A stretch of DNA of 64,000 nt from Alphaproteobacteria bacterium. GTDB lineage: Bacteria > Pseudomonadota > Alphaproteobacteria > UBA828. The DNA lies in assembly GCA_963422645.2 (NCBI GenBank), contig CAXXVO010000015.1, positions 64,001 through 128,000 on the forward strand, given 5' to 3'. Numbering within the stretch: the first letter of the stretch is position 1; each line of letters starts with the position of its first letter. Below, piece after piece: positions 39,964 to 50,973 of this stretch. The translations under genes and the position numbers were made by a program. The notes under the pieces were generated by a model. It did no database searches. It was given only the letters and a program-made list of their open reading frames with translations, and was not told where the DNA came from.

Positions 39964-42900
39964 GTGAAATTCGTTTACGGCATCCTTGTCTTTCTGGCTC
40001 TCGTCGTCGCCGCTCTCTTTCTCGTGCCGTCATTCCTCGATTGGGAGGAGTTCAAGCCCGAGATTTCCGAGCGCCTTGAGGCCATCACGGGGCGCACGCT
40101 AACGATCGACGGCCCGCTCAAGGTCTCGATATTGCCCACGCCAACGATCGAGGCGACCGACCTGCGCCTCGCCAACGTGCCTGGCGCGGCCAGCCCGGAT
40201 ATGGCGCGGATCAAGTCGCTCGATCTCAGGCTCGCGCTCGGGCGGCTCCTCGGTGGCGAAATCGCTGTCACAGGCCTTGCAATCGACGAACCCGTGATCG
40301 AGCTGCAGCGTCTCGCCGATGGTCGCCCCAACTGGCTCTTCGAAAGCATGCCGGGGCCGGTGACCGAGGGGAACGCTGCGGAGGAAGCCGAGTTCGGCCT
40401 TGAATTGACCAGGCTCGACTCCGCGACGATCACGAACGGTGCAATCGTCTATCGCCATGCCGACGGTCGGCCGCCGGAGCGGATCGAGGGGATCGACGCA
40501 ACCCTCTCCGCCCGCACGCTCAACGGACCCTTCCGTGGAGACGGCACATTCATTGTGCGCGGCCGGCCGGTCGCGTTCCAGCTCGCGACAAGCACGCTAA
40601 GTGACGACGGCACCATGCCGATCTCGGTCGAAGCCGTCTTCGGCGATGAAGGGGGCCGCGCGCTGTTCGAGGGCACCGTGCGCGGCAATGGCGAGGTGCC
40701 CGCCTTCGACGGCAATGTGCGCCTTGAGGCGGCTGACTTCGGCTCGCTGCTGAGCGAACTCGACGTGGATCTCGGCGCGCTGCCGGCGGCGCCGTTGGCC
40801 ACCGAATTCGACGCCAAGGCGGCGCTCAGCCTGAACACCGAGACCATCGCCACGCGGGATATTCAACTGCGTCTTGGCGAGAGCCAGGCGAACGGAGCGC
40901 TCTCCTGGCAGGGCGGCGACGTGCCGCGGCTCGTCGCCGAGATCGACCTCAATCGGCTCGACCTGGATCAGTTCCTGCCGGCCGAAGACACACCGCAGGC
41001 GGCCGCCGGTACCGGTCAGTCTGACGAAGCGCAGCCGCTCGCCGCCCTGCAAAGCATCTCCGGTGACATTCGGGAAGTGATTCCCGGCGACGTTGCGGCG
41101 GCGGTCGACCTCAAGATCGGCACCCTCACCTGGCGCGAGGGTATCATTCGCCAGGCCCGGACGCAACTTGCGCTGGCCGACGGCACGGTCGCGATCCAGC
41201 AGGCCTCTGCGCTCCTGCCCGGCGGCACCCAGGTTCAATTCGCTGGCCAACTGACGCGAGGTGGCGATCGTCCGTGGCTCGACGGCGTGGCCGATATCGC
41301 GGCCGACGATCTGCGTGCCGTCCTCTCCTGGCTCGGCGTGGATGTGGGCGATGTCCCGGCGGATCGGCTGCGTGTCCTCAGCGCGAGCGCCGATCTCTCC
41401 GCCGATGGCAACCAGTTCTCGGCATCCCACCTGGACGTCAGAGTCGATACCACGCGGATCGCCGGCAACGCGGCCCTTGCAGCGGGCGAGCGGCCACGCG
41501 TCACCGCCTCCCTCGCAGCCGACACGGTCAATCTCGACGCCTATCTGCCCGCAGCCGGCAACGCGGCCGACGGATCGCAGGAAACCGCGCAGGCAGAGCC
41601 GGAGAACACCGACACTGACGTATGGGCCGGGCTCGCCGATGTCGACGCGAATGTCTTGCTCATGATGGATGCGCTGACCTACGACGGTGTGCGCCTGGCC
41701 GGACTGGAGCTCAGCGCCGCCCTCAATGATGGCGACCTGACCCTGCGTCGGGCATCGGTGGCGGATGCAGCAGGCGCCAGCGTCTCCGTCACAGGCACCG
41801 GGCGCACGCTCTGGACGGCGCCCCGCTTCGATCTCGCGATCGAAGGCGCGGCCGACTCCCTCGATGGCGTCACCGCGCTTCTCGACATCGATCCCGACAT
41901 TCGTACCGAGGCGTTCGGCAAGATCGCGCTCAACGGCACTGCAGCCGGCGGCGAGGACGCCTTGTCGCTCGACCTTACCCTTGCGGCCGGCACCGCCGAG
42001 GCAACGCTGCGAGGCACCATCGACGAGCCCTTGGGCACGCCGGCCGGTGCCCTGGCGTTCAGTCTCCGTGCCTCGGATTCCGGAGCGCTGGCCCGCACCC
42101 TTGGGCTCACGCCACCTGCCGTCGTCGGTCGGCTGGGCGGGCTGGCGGTCGATGGCGGGATCGGCGGCGATCTCGATTCCATCGCAATCGATCTCAGTGG
42201 CGAGACCGCCGGCGCAACGCTGAAGATCGCCGGAAAGGTCACGGACCTGCTCGCCTCGCCGGGTTACAGCGTCGACGTCGATCTCGCTCATCCCAGCGGC
42301 GAGGACCTGGTCGAGACCGTGATCGGCGAGCCGATGGCCGGCGCCACCCTCGGCGCCGTGCGCCTGGTCGGCAAGGTCTCGGGAGATCGGACAGTGGCCA
42401 ACCTCGCCGGCATCGAAGCGGCGATCGGCGACAGCACGCTGGCTGGCGATATCTTCCTCCGCCTGGATCAGGAGCCAACCGCTTTCCACGCGGACATGCG
42501 CTCCGGTCTGCTCGACCTCGCGTGGGTCGGCGGCGGCCTCGCGGCAACGGACGGCAGCTCGGGTGCCGACACCGAAGTCGTTGAACTGGGATCGGAGCGG
42601 TGGTCCGACGAGCCGATCGACTTCGCGCTCCTCGATCGGCTCTCCGGCACGCTCGCTCTCGACGCAGAGGCGCTGGTGCTCGGCCCCCACCGCATCGAGC
42701 AAGCCGTTATCGACCTCGCCGCGGCCGAGGGCACGCTGACTCTGCGCTCGCTCGAAGGGCGGCTCTTCGGGGGCGCACTGAAAGCCGACGGCAGCCTGGC
42801 CGGAGGGCCGGCGCCGTCCGGGCAAGCGGCGGTTCGGCTCGTCGATGCGGACATCGGCGCCATTCTGCGCGAGGCTGCGGACGGTCGCGCGGTCTCCGGC

Positions 42901-44067
42901 ACCGCCACGATCGACGGCTATTTCACCCTGAGCGGCCGGAGCGAGCGCGAAATGGTGGAGAGCCTCACCGGCCGCGTGGCGATCACCGGCGGCGAGGGCA
43001 TGGTCGAGGGCGTGGACGTGCCGGCGATCAGCGGCCAGATTGCCGCGCTATCCACGGTCGATGCGTTGAACGACATCGTGGGCTTCGTGGAGCAGGCGGA
43101 ACAAAGCCTTTCAAGCGGGCAAACGGCGATCCGCTCCCTCGATGGCACCGTGCGGGTTCAGAAGGGCCAGGCGCGCATTGACGGCTTCGAGATCGTCGCC
43201 GACGGAGGCGTCGGCGAAATCAACGGCACCGCCGATTTGCCCGCGTGGCAGCTCGACCTCACGGCGCTCTTCCGCCTCGCCGAGCATGCGGACGCCCCGC
43301 AGGTGGGTGTGCAGCTCGAAGGTTCGATCGACCGGCCGGAGCGGCGCTATCTGATCGAGGAGATGCAGGCTCATCTGGTCAAACTCGGGCTGCTCTCGCT
43401 CGCCGGCTCGGATGACGTGCCCAAGATCACGCTCCGCAAGGGTGCGAAGGCAGAACCGGGGACCGAAATAGACACGTTGCTGCGAAACGTGCTGGGCGAT
43501 CCGGACGAGGCGGAGGCTGCCGGGCCAGTCGGCGAGCAGACGGAATTGCCTGAAGGAGCGGAAGAGACAGGCAAGGCGATGGAGGCTCCCAACCAAGACG
43601 ATGCTGGGAGCGCCCTGCTGTCGCTGGACGACGTGCCGGCCAGTCCCGTGGTAGTGGAAGAGCCGGTTGACGCCGACCAGGCAGAGAAAGCGGCGGGCAC
43701 GGAGCAGACGGAACCGCGAGAAGAGACATTGCTGACCGACGACGAGGTGCAGCCCACGGCGGCGCCTCCGTCCGACGAGACGGCGCTTGTGACTCCGTCC
43801 GACGAGCCGGTGCCCGAACCCCCGCCGGCGCCCGACCGCTATCGGGGCGAGGACCTGCAAGACTTCGTCAACGACTTGCTGGGGGAGCCTGAGCCAGAGG
43901 GGGAGGAGAACCCCCAAGACCTCGTCGACGGTGCGTCGGGGGAGCCTGAGCGGGAAGGGGAGGAGAAACTGCAGGACGTCGACGATTTGTCGGAGGAGCC
44001 TGCGCCGGAGGGGGAGGACGAACTCCAGGACTTCGTCGACGATCTGTTGAAGACCCTCGACGAATAG
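39964..44067 (+). CDS. AsmA-family protein with acidic low-complexity C-terminal tail
   Basis: N-terminal TM then PSFLDW..FK..I, GRTLTIDGPL and NW motif; long beta-rich body. Confidence 0.88.
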   Translation: MKFVYGILVFLALVVAALFLVPSFLDWEEFKPEISERLEAITGRTLTIDGPLKVSILPTPTIEATDLRLANVPGAASPDMARIKSLDLRLALGRLLGGEIAVTGLAIDEPVIELQRLADGRPNWLFESMPGPVTEGNAAEEAEFGLELTRLDSATITNGAIVYRHADGRPPERIEGIDATLSARTLNGPFRGDGTFIVRGRPVAFQLATSTLSDDGTMPISVEAVFGDEGGRALFEGTVRGNGEVPAFDGNVRLEAADFGSLLSELDVDLGALPAAPLATEFDAKAALSLNTETIATRDIQLRLGESQANGALSWQGGDVPRLVAEIDLNRLDLDQFLPAEDTPQAAAGTGQSDEAQPLAALQSISGDIREVIPGDVAAAVDLKIGTLTWREGIIRQARTQLALADGTVAIQQASALLPGGTQVQFAGQLTRGGDRPWLDGVADIAADDLRAVLSWLGVDVGDVPADRLRVLSASADLSADGNQFSASHLDVRVDTTRIAGNAALAAGERPRVTASLAADTVNLDAYLPAAGNAADGSQETAQAEPENTDTDVWAGLADVDANVLLMMDALTYDGVRLAGLELSAALNDGDLTLRRASVADAAGASVSVTGTGRTLWTAPRFDLAIEGAADSLDGVTALLDIDPDIRTEAFGKIALNGTAAGGEDALSLDLTLAAGTAEATLRGTIDEPLGTPAGALAFSLRASDSGALARTLGLTPPAVVGRLGGLAVDGGIGGDLDSIAIDLSGETAGATLKIAGKVTDLLASPGYSVDVDLAHPSGEDLVETVIGEPMAGATLGAVRLVGKVSGDRTVANLAGIEAAIGDSTLAGDIFLRLDQEPTAFHADMRSGLLDLAWVGGGLAATDGSSGADTEVVELGSERWSDEPIDFALLDRLSGTLALDAEALVLGPHRIEQAVIDLAAAEGTLTLRSLEGRLFGGALKADGSLAGGPAPSGQAAVRLVDADIGAILREAADGRAVSGTATIDGYFTLSGRSEREMVESLTGRVAITGGEGMVEGVDVPAISGQIAALSTVDALNDIVGFVEQAEQSLSSGQTAIRSLDGTVRVQKGQARIDGFEIVADGGVGEINGTADLPAWQLDLTALFRLAEHADAPQVGVQLEGSIDRPERRYLIEEMQAHLVKLGLLSLAGSDDVPKITLRKGAKAEPGTEIDTLLRNVLGDPDEAEAAGPVGEQTELPEGAEETGKAMEAPNQDDAGSALLSLDDVPASPVVVEEPVDADQAEKAAGTEQTEPREETLLTDDEVQPTAAPPSDETALVTPSDEPVPEPPPAPDRYRGEDLQDFVNDLLGEPEPEGEENPQDLVDGASGEPEREGEEKLQDVDDLSEEPAPEGEDELQDFVDDLLKTLDE
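43846..44049 (+). repeat. Imperfect 54-57-nt coding tandem repeat (~3.5 copies)
   Basis: QDFVNDLLGEPEPEGEENP / QDLVDGASGEPEREGEEKL / QDVDDLSEEPAPEGEDEL / QDFVDDLL. Confidence 0.75.
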
Positions 44068-44113
44068 ACGCTCTCAGCCTGCGTCGCTCGTAATCGTGTG
44101 TGTGGCGGCGCAA

Positions 44114-44144
44114 GGGCCGGCGCCCCGGTTGGGAACGCCGGCCC
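44114..44144. terminator. GC-rich hairpin between convergent genes
   Basis: Inverted repeat GGGCCGGCG ... CGCCGGCCC. Confidence 0.5.
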
Positions 44145-44180
44145 CCTCCCGCCCCACCTCAAGAGGTGACGAAGCGACCC

Positions 44181-45704
44181 TCAAGCGGTGACAAAGGGAA
44201 GAGCGACAAAGCGCTCGCTTCCGTCCCGGCTCATCAGCATGAGGACGGCCTCGCGCCCATCGCCCTGGGCGGCCTCGATGCGCTCGTTCACCTCAGCGAT
44301 CGAGCCCACGGGCTCGTTGCCGACGGTGACGATCACGTCGCCGGGGCGAATGCCCTTTCGGTGAGCGGCGCTCCCCGGCGCCACGTCGGCGACGACCACG
44401 GCACCCCCGCTGCCGTCCATGTCGGCACCCTCGCCCGCCTCGGAATCGACGTTTTCGAGGCGAAGGCCGAAGGTATCGAGCCGGCCGGCCTCGTCAGTGC
44501 CGGACATCTCCGCGCTGGTTTCGACTGCCGGCGCCGCGTTCCCGATCGCCGCCGCGAGTTCGACGACCTCGCCATCGCGCCAGACCGTGAGGGTGGCGGA
44601 GGTTCCGGCATCGATGGCGGCGATCGTCTGCGAGAGCGTCCGCGAGTCCTCGATCGGCGCCTGGTTCACGGCGGTGATAACATCGCCCTGCTCGAGCCCT
44701 GCCTCTGCGGCCGGGCTCTCCGGCTGCACGCGGGCGACGATGGCGCCCTCCGTGCCCTCCAGCCCGAGGCTCGCCGCGATGTCCTTGGTGATAGGCTGGA
44801 TGTGCACGCCGAGCCAGCCGCGCATGACCCGGCCATGGGCCCTCAGGTCGTCGATGACCGCCGCGGCCGTGACGGCGGGGACTGCGTAGCCGATCCCCAC
44901 GTTGCCGCCCGAGGGCGAGACGATGGACGTGTTCACCCCGATGACCTCGCCGAGCAGATTGACCGTGGGGCCACCCGAGTTGCCGCTGTTGATGGGCGCA
45001 TCGATCTGCAGATGGTCCTCGTAGGGGTTGGGGCCGGTGCCGCGCCCGCGCGCGGAGACGATGCCGAAGGTCGCGGTCTTGCCCACGCCGAAGGGATTGC
45101 CGACGGCGACCACCCAATCGCCAACGCGGGTGCCGTCGTCCGCCGCGAAACTCACGGTCGGCAGCGGCACGCCGCTCTCGACCTTGAGCAGGGCGATATC
45201 GGACCGCCTGTCGCCGCCGACGATCTCGGCGTTGAGCCGGGTGCCGTCATCGAGGATGACGGTCACGGTCTCCGCGCCGGCGATCACGTGATTGCTGGTC
45301 ACGATGTAGCCATCGGCATCAACGATGAAGCCCGAACCGATGCCGCCGCTCGGCGCGTCGCGGCGGGGGCCGAAGTCCGGCGTGAAGCCGAAGCGCTCGG
45401 CAAAGTCCTCGCCGAAGAAGCGCTTGAAGTGGTCAGGGATGCGCTGGCCGCGCTGCTGCTGGGCGGTGAGCGCGGGCCGGGCCTTGTGCATGACCTCGAT
45501 CGAGACGACAGCCGGGCTTACCGCCTCCACCACGCCGGCGAGGCTGGGCATCGTCAGAAGCTGATCCACCGAGGTCGGCGGCGTGACCGCCGTGGCCGTC
45601 TTCAGTGAAGTGGCCAGCCCGCCGCCGGCCAGCGCGATCATGCCGAGGCCTGCCAGGGCCGCGACGATGACCGTCCGTTTGCGTTGGGGTGAAAGCGTGC
45701 TCAT
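44181..45704 (-). CDS. Do/DegQ (HtrA) serine endopeptidase with two PDZ domains
   Basis: Motifs GSGFIV, TSNHV, DIALLK, INSGNSGG and RGWLGV. Confidence 0.93.
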   Translation of the reverse strand: MSTLSPQRKRTVIVAALAGLGMIALAGGGLATSLKTATAVTPPTSVDQLLTMPSLAGVVEAVSPAVVSIEVMHKARPALTAQQQRGQRIPDHFKRFFGEDFAERFGFTPDFGPRRDAPSGGIGSGFIVDADGYIVTSNHVIAGAETVTVILDDGTRLNAEIVGGDRRSDIALLKVESGVPLPTVSFAADDGTRVGDWVVAVGNPFGVGKTATFGIVSARGRGTGPNPYEDHLQIDAPINSGNSGGPTVNLLGEVIGVNTSIVSPSGGNVGIGYAVPAVTAAAVIDDLRAHGRVMRGWLGVHIQPITKDIAASLGLEGTEGAIVARVQPESPAAEAGLEQGDVITAVNQAPIEDSRTLSQTIAAIDAGTSATLTVWRDGEVVELAAAIGNAAPAVETSAEMSGTDEAGRLDTFGLRLENVDSEAGEGADMDGSGGAVVVADVAPGSAAHRKGIRPGDVIVTVGNEPVGSIAEVNERIEAAQGDGREAVLMLMSRDGSERFVALPFVTA

Positions 45705-45856
45705 CGTTTCCTCACTTGCCGTTGCTGTTGATTCGCAGCGGCCGATGGCAGGCCGCCGGTCATCTATGACAGGGCAAGCTGTCGTCACGATGGACGTAGG
45801 ATTAACTCTTCGTCATTGTGGGGTAACGCTTTCGCGAGAGGACAAGGCCTTTCGGC

Positions 45857-46213
45857 ATGGCCGAGCGACTCAAACCCTGTCCGTCCAAGCCCAACTGCGT
45901 CTGCAGCCGGCACGGCGCGTCCCCGCGTCATCGCGTTGAGCCCTTCGCCGTCTCCGGCGACCCTGCGGAGGCCCTCCGCCGATTGAAGTCCCTGCTGGAA
46001 GCCCTGCCGCGAACCAGGATCGTCACGGCGACCGACGACTACCTCCACGCGGTCTGCCGAACGCGGCTCGGGTTCCCCGACGATGTCGAGTGCCTGCTTT
46101 CCCCGGAGGAGGGCGTGATCCACGTCCGCTCGGCTTCGCGGGTGGGCTACTCCGACTGGGGTGTGAACAGACGGCGGGTGGAAGATCTCCGCCGCCGCTT
46201 TCAGGGCGCGTGA
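45857..46213 (+). CDS. DUF1499-like protein
   Basis: Motifs PCPSKPNCV, GFPDDVE and RSASRVGYSDWGVNRRR. Confidence 0.85.
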   Translation: MAERLKPCPSKPNCVCSRHGASPRHRVEPFAVSGDPAEALRRLKSLLEALPRTRIVTATDDYLHAVCRTRLGFPDDVECLLSPEEGVIHVRSASRVGYSDWGVNRRRVEDLRRRFQGA

Positions 46214-46255
46214 GGACCTGAGCCTGGTCGGGCTCTGACCGTCCGGTTGCGCCGC

Positions 46256-47641
46256 TCAGGGCGCCACAGGCGGAAACGTCACACTGACGCGAAGTCCTCC
46301 CAATGGGCTTTCGTCCAGCACCAACTCGGCCCGGTGCAAGGTCGCGACACCCGCGACGAGGCTGAGCCCCAGGCCGCTGCCGCCGCCGGTGCGGCTCGCA
46401 TCCAGGCGGACGAAGCGCTGCAGCACGCGCTCCTGCTCCTCGGGCGGGATGCCCGGCCCCGAATCCTCAACCGTCAGCCGCACCCCACCCGAATCTTCAC
46501 GCGCGAGGCTCACCCTGATCCGGCCCTCGGGCGTGTAGGCCAGCGCGTTGTCGAGCAGATTGGCGACGAGTTGGGAGAGGAACTGGCCGTGGCCGGCCAC
46601 GCTACCCGTCTCCTCCAATGCAGCTTCGATGGCGAGCCCCTTCTCCTCGGTGAGCGGGGCGTAAAGCTCCACCATGTCGGCGACGATGGAACGGAGGTCC
46701 ACCGGCTCGAGCGCGATCCCGGCTTTCCCCGATTCGGCGCGGGCGATTTCCATTAGCGTGGCGAAGGTGCGCAGAATGCCGTCGGTCTCGGCAATCGCGC
46801 GTTCGAGGGCGGCGCGGTGGCCCTGCTCGTCCGCCGGCCCCTCTCCGAGCGCGAGTTCCAGCCTGGACTTGAGGCGGGTGAGCGGGCTGCGCAGGTCGTG
46901 CGCGACGCTGTCGGTCACCGTGCGCAAGCCGGTCATCAACGTCTCGATCTCGTCCAACATCTCGTTGACCGTGATCGAGAGGCGGTCGAACTCGTCGCCC
47001 ACGCCCGTGACCGGCATGCGCCGCGAGAGGTCGCCGCGCACGATACGCTGGCCGGTCTCACGCACGGCATCGACCCGACGCAGCATCCGCCGGCTCATGA
47101 CGAGGCCGCCGAGGAGCCCCAGCACCAGCGTGATCCCGAGCGCGCCGCCCAGGGATTCGAGGATCAGGTCCTCGAAGTCCGACCGCCCGCGCGGGTCGCG
47201 GCCGACCAGCAGCCGGAAGCCGCCCGGCAGGACGAAGGTGCGCGCGCGGATGGTGCCGTGGGCTTCGTCGCCACTCGCGCGCCTCGCCGAAATCTCCACC
47301 CAGCCGGCCCCGGCCCCGGCCGCCTCGCGCGGCCAAGCGCTGAGATTGCCGGCAAGCCGCCTGAGGTCGGGATCGGCGAGGAGGTAGACGCTGTCCGGAT
47401 CGCCGTAGGGGCCGCTGCGTTCCTCGATGACGGCGACCAGCTGGCGGATACCCCGCGCCCGGTACTGCTCGGCGAGGCCGCGCACCTCGGCCTCGATGGT
47501 GTTGCTGGTCTGCCGGTCGATGACCCGCACAGTGGTCCAGTAGATGAAGGCGAGCAGCAGCAGGACCGAGGCGCCGAACAGGACGACGTAGAGGAGCGAA
47601 AGCCGGAACGTTGACGTCCGGAGCAGTCTAAGCGTCGGCAC
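46256..47641 (-). CDS. HAMP-domain sensor histidine kinase
   Basis: Two TM segments; motifs AHDLRSPL, NLLDNA, DSGPGI and GLGL. Confidence 0.93.
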   Translation of the reverse strand: MPTLRLLRTSTFRLSLLYVVLFGASVLLLLAFIYWTTVRVIDRQTSNTIEAEVRGLAEQYRARGIRQLVAVIEERSGPYGDPDSVYLLADPDLRRLAGNLSAWPREAAGAGAGWVEISARRASGDEAHGTIRARTFVLPGGFRLLVGRDPRGRSDFEDLILESLGGALGITLVLGLLGGLVMSRRMLRRVDAVRETGQRIVRGDLSRRMPVTGVGDEFDRLSITVNEMLDEIETLMTGLRTVTDSVAHDLRSPLTRLKSRLELALGEGPADEQGHRAALERAIAETDGILRTFATLMEIARAESGKAGIALEPVDLRSIVADMVELYAPLTEEKGLAIEAALEETGSVAGHGQFLSQLVANLLDNALAYTPEGRIRVSLAREDSGGVRLTVEDSGPGIPPEEQERVLQRFVRLDASRTGGGSGLGLSLVAGVATLHRAELVLDESPLGGLRVSVTFPPVAP

Positions 47642-47642
47642 G

Positions 47643-48332
47643 TCACGCGTCCTCGCGCGCAGGCGCACGAAGGCAATACCCGACGCCCCGCACGGTGTGG
47701 ATCAGCGGAGGGTCGAACCCCTTGTCGATCTTGCCGCGCAGCCGGCTCACATGGACGTCGATCACGTTGGTCTGGGGGTCGAATTGGTAGCCCCAGACAT
47801 GCTCCAGCAGCATCGTGCGCGTCACCACTTGGCCCGTGTGGCGCATGAAGTAGGCCAGCAGGTTGAACTCACGCGGCTGCAGCGCGATCTCGCGGCCTGC
47901 CCGCCGCACCGTGCGGGCAAGCAGATCCAGCTCCAGGTCCGCGAAGCTGAGACGCGTCTCGCCGGCCGCGTCGCCCGCGCGCCGGAGCAGCGCCTCCAGC
48001 CGCGCCAGAAGCTCGGAGAAGGCGAAGGGCTTGGTCAAGTAATCGTCGCCGCCGGCCCTGAGGCCTTCCACCCGGTCGTCCACCTGGGCGAGCGCGCTCA
48101 GGATCAGCGCCGGCGTGCGCCGACCCTTGCGGCGCAGCGTCTCGATCAGGGAAAGCCCGTCGAGGCCCGGCAGCATGCGGTCGACCACGAGCGCGTCGAA
48201 GCGGTGGTCGAGCGCGAGCGCGAGCCCGTCCGCCCCGTCATGGACGAGCTCGACCACGTGGCCGCTCTCGCTCAGGCCCTTCTGCAGATAGCGGGCGGTC
48301 TCGATGTCGTCTTCGACGACCAGCACGTGCAT
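47643..48332 (-). CDS. OmpR-family response regulator
   Basis: Motifs VVEDD, DRMLP, DYLTKPF, NVIDVHVSRLR and TVRGVGY. Confidence 0.95.
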   Translation of the reverse strand: MHVLVVEDDIETARYLQKGLSESGHVVELVHDGADGLALALDHRFDALVVDRMLPGLDGLSLIETLRRKGRRTPALILSALAQVDDRVEGLRAGGDDYLTKPFAFSELLARLEALLRRAGDAAGETRLSFADLELDLLARTVRRAGREIALQPREFNLLAYFMRHTGQVVTRTMLLEHVWGYQFDPQTNVIDVHVSRLRGKIDKGFDPPLIHTVRGVGYCLRAPAREDA

Positions 48333-48392
48333 GGCTGCAACCTTGGCAGGCCGGGCGCAGCGATCAAGGGCCTCAACACATTGTGTGCGGGT

Positions 48393-49250
48393 TCACTTGC
48401 GTCGCGGTGCTGGCGGGGCGCCGTAGAGCGCAAGCCGCACCGCGCGCCACGCAGCCTCCAGCCCGCGGCGTAGCGTAGCGCCGTCCCTCGCAAGCAGGCG
48501 CACGCCGATGCCGGCCTCGTTGGGGAGCGCTGAAGCACCGCCATAGAACTCATCCGACGGCGTGAGAGCGCTGCGGAGAGCCGCCAAGATGGCCTCGCAG
48601 GTCGGGCTCCGGTGGGCGACGACGAAATTGCCCTGCGCGGGCCAGCGCGCGAGTTGCGCGCGGCCTGCCGCCAGCCGCTCGCCTGCGACGTCATAGCGCT
48701 CCAGGGCGAGAAGCCGGCCGCCCTCGTCGCGGATCCGCATCTCCGCCGCGAAGCTGTCAAACCGGCGGTCCTCGCCGCCCGGGTCGTGGTGGGCGAAGCT
48801 CTCGGACGCGACGACGGTGGCATCCGCTGCAGCCTCGATCTCCAGCACCGAGGTCAGCCGTGCGCCGGGGAACATGATCAGCGGGTCCGGCAGATACTCG
48901 AGCAACGCGCCGTCCGCAGCCTCCAACGCGACCGTCTGCCGCGCCGGCGACCGAGGCATGCGGTGCACGATGGTCGCCGCCTGGGTGGTCACATGGGCGG
49001 CGCTGCCGGCGCCTGCGGCGCAGGTCATCACGAGATCCTCGCCCTGATAGATGCCGCCGGAGACCGACTGGAGGTAGAGCGTCAGCGCCCCTGCCGGCGC
49101 CTCGTCGAAGTGGAATGGCCGGGTGATGTGGAAGGGATAGCCGACGCGCTGGCGCGCGATGTAGCTCGGCCCGTCGGGCGCCCGGGCGAAGCGGAGCGCG
49201 GCTTGTGGCCCCTCGTTGGGCCGGGCGGCCGGCATGGCATTGGCAGCCAA
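48393..49250 (-). CDS. ureD: Urease accessory protein UreD
   Basis: Motifs SGGIYQGE, VTTQAAT and LEYLPDPLI.F. Confidence 0.85.
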   Translation of the reverse strand: MAANAMPAARPNEGPQAALRFARAPDGPSYIARQRVGYPFHITRPFHFDEAPAGALTLYLQSVSGGIYQGEDLVMTCAAGAGSAAHVTTQAATIVHRMPRSPARQTVALEAADGALLEYLPDPLIMFPGARLTSVLEIEAAADATVVASESFAHHDPGGEDRRFDSFAAEMRIRDEGGRLLALERYDVAGERLAAGRAQLARWPAQGNFVVAHRSPTCEAILAALRSALTPSDEFYGGASALPNEAGIGVRLLARDGATLRRGLEAAWRAVRLALYGAPPAPRRK

Positions 49251-49259
49251 AATACGAGC

Positions 49260-50969
49260 TCAGCGCAGCAGGTAGTTCTGGCCGAGGGTGATCTTGTCGA
49301 TCGGCTCGCAGGCAGCGAGCGTCCCGTCGACGAAGACCTCGAAGGTCTGGCTGTCGACGCGGATATCGGGGCAGGCGTCGTTGTGCAGCATGTCCTTCTT
49401 GGTGAGCTTGGTGAAGCTTCCGATCGGCAGGATCGGCTTGGCGAGGCCGAGACGGCCCTGCACGTCGATATCGAGCGCACGCCGATGGGCGAAGTTGGCG
49501 CTCAGCGTCGTTGGCGCCCGCCCGTAATGGCCGAACTGCGGCCGCATGATTACCGGCTCGGTGGCGAAATAGCTGCCCGAAGGATCGCCGCTCGCGCCCC
49601 AGGCGACGAAGCCGCCCTTGATCACGCCGAAGGGCTTCATCCCGAAGAAGGCGGGCTTCCAGGTCACGAGGTCGGCCATCTTGCCGGGCTCCAGCGAGCC
49701 CACGTATTGATCGACGCCGAAGGCGATCGCCGGGTTGATGGTGTACTTCGCGATGTAGCGCTTGATGCGCTCGTTGTCGGCGTCGGCGGTGGTCTCCTCG
49801 GGCAAGCGCCCGCGCTGGTCGCGCATCTTGCTCGCGAGTTGCCAGCAGCGCGTGATGACCTCGTTGATCCGCCCCATGCCCTGGCTGTCGGAGCCGAACA
49901 TGGAGACCGAGCCGATGTCGTGCAGCACGTCCTCGGCCGCGATTGTGCCGTGGCGCACCCGGCTCTCGGCGAAGGCCACGTCCTCCGGCAGGTCATAGCG
50001 CAGCAGGTGGCAGGCCATGGTCATGTCGAGCTGCTCGTCGAAGACGTTGACCGTGTAGGGGTTGGTCGGGTTGGTCGAGGACGGCAGGCAGTGCGGCTCG
50101 CCGTTGCAGCGGATGATGTCCGGCGCATGGCCGCCGCCGGAGCCTTCCGTGTGATACATGTGGATGGTGCGGCCCGCGATCGCCGCCATCGTGTCCTCGT
50201 AGAAGCCGGACTCGTTCAACGTGTCCGTGTGGATCTGGACCGGGAAGTCGTGCTCGGCCGAGGCACGCAGGCAGGCGTCGATGGTGGCCGGCATGGCGCC
50301 GTAGTCCTCGTGAATCTTCACGCCGATGATGGCGCCGTCGAGATGCTCGGCGATGGTTGCCGGGTCGTGGGAGGAGCCCCGGCCGAAGAAGCCGAAGTTG
50401 ATCGGCCAGGCTTCGGATGCCTCATGCATGCGGTAGGTGTTCCAGGGGCCGCCGCAGTCGATGGCAAAGAGCGGCCCCATGGTGCCGCCGATCATGGTGG
50501 TGAGCCCGCTGGCCAGCGCATGGTTGCACTGCTCCGCCGACAGCCAGTGGACGTGCACGTCGATCCCGCCCGGCGTCACGATGAGGCCGCCGGCCGGGTA
50601 GTAGGTGGTGTTGGGGCCGCAGACGAGATTGGGATCCACCCCGTCCTGGGTGTTGGGGTTGCCGGCCTTGCCGACGCCCGCGATCTTGCCGTCCTTGATG
50701 CCGATGTCGGCCTTTACCAGACCCAATACGGGATCGATGACGGTGGCGTTCTCCACCAGCATGTCGATGGCGCCGTCGGCTGCGGAGGTGTGGGCGTCGT
50801 AGGACATGCCGTCCCGCATCACGCGGCCGGCGCCGGTCCAGCACTCGTCGCCGTATGAGGTGTGGTCGTGCTCGATCTCGCCGATCAACGAGGTGTCGCC
50901 GAGCCTGATCTTGTCGCCCTTGGTCGGCCCGTAGTAGCGGGCATAGGTCTCGCGCGCGATCTTCACCAT
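49260..50969 (-). CDS. ureC: Urease alpha subunit (divergent)
   Basis: Motifs [38 protein letters not shown] and KYTINPA. Confidence 0.9.
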   Translation of the reverse strand: MVKIARETYARYYGPTKGDKIRLGDTSLIGEIEHDHTSYGDECWTGAGRVMRDGMSYDAHTSAADGAIDMLVENATVIDPVLGLVKADIGIKDGKIAGVGKAGNPNTQDGVDPNLVCGPNTTYYPAGGLIVTPGGIDVHVHWLSAEQCNHALASGLTTMIGGTMGPLFAIDCGGPWNTYRMHEASEAWPINFGFFGRGSSHDPATIAEHLDGAIIGVKIHEDYGAMPATIDACLRASAEHDFPVQIHTDTLNESGFYEDTMAAIAGRTIHMYHTEGSGGGHAPDIIRCNGEPHCLPSSTNPTNPYTVNVFDEQLDMTMACHLLRYDLPEDVAFAESRVRHGTIAAEDVLHDIGSVSMFGSDSQGMGRINEVITRCWQLASKMRDQRGRLPEETTADADNERIKRYIAKYTINPAIAFGVDQYVGSLEPGKMADLVTWKPAFFGMKPFGVIKGGFVAWGASGDPSGSYFATEPVIMRPQFGHYGRAPTTLSANFAHRRALDIDVQGRLGLAKPILPIGSFTKLTKKDMLHNDACPDIRVDSQTFEVFVDGTLAACEPIDKITLGQNYLLR

Positions 50970-50973
50970 CTGC

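Noticed and set aside
40597-50858. Long antisense ORFs (e.g. 40597-42825, 44100-45608, 48612-50858; also 4575-6431 and 25371-27125)
   Set aside because: These are shadow frames of well-supported genes in high-GC DNA and have no recognisable motifs.
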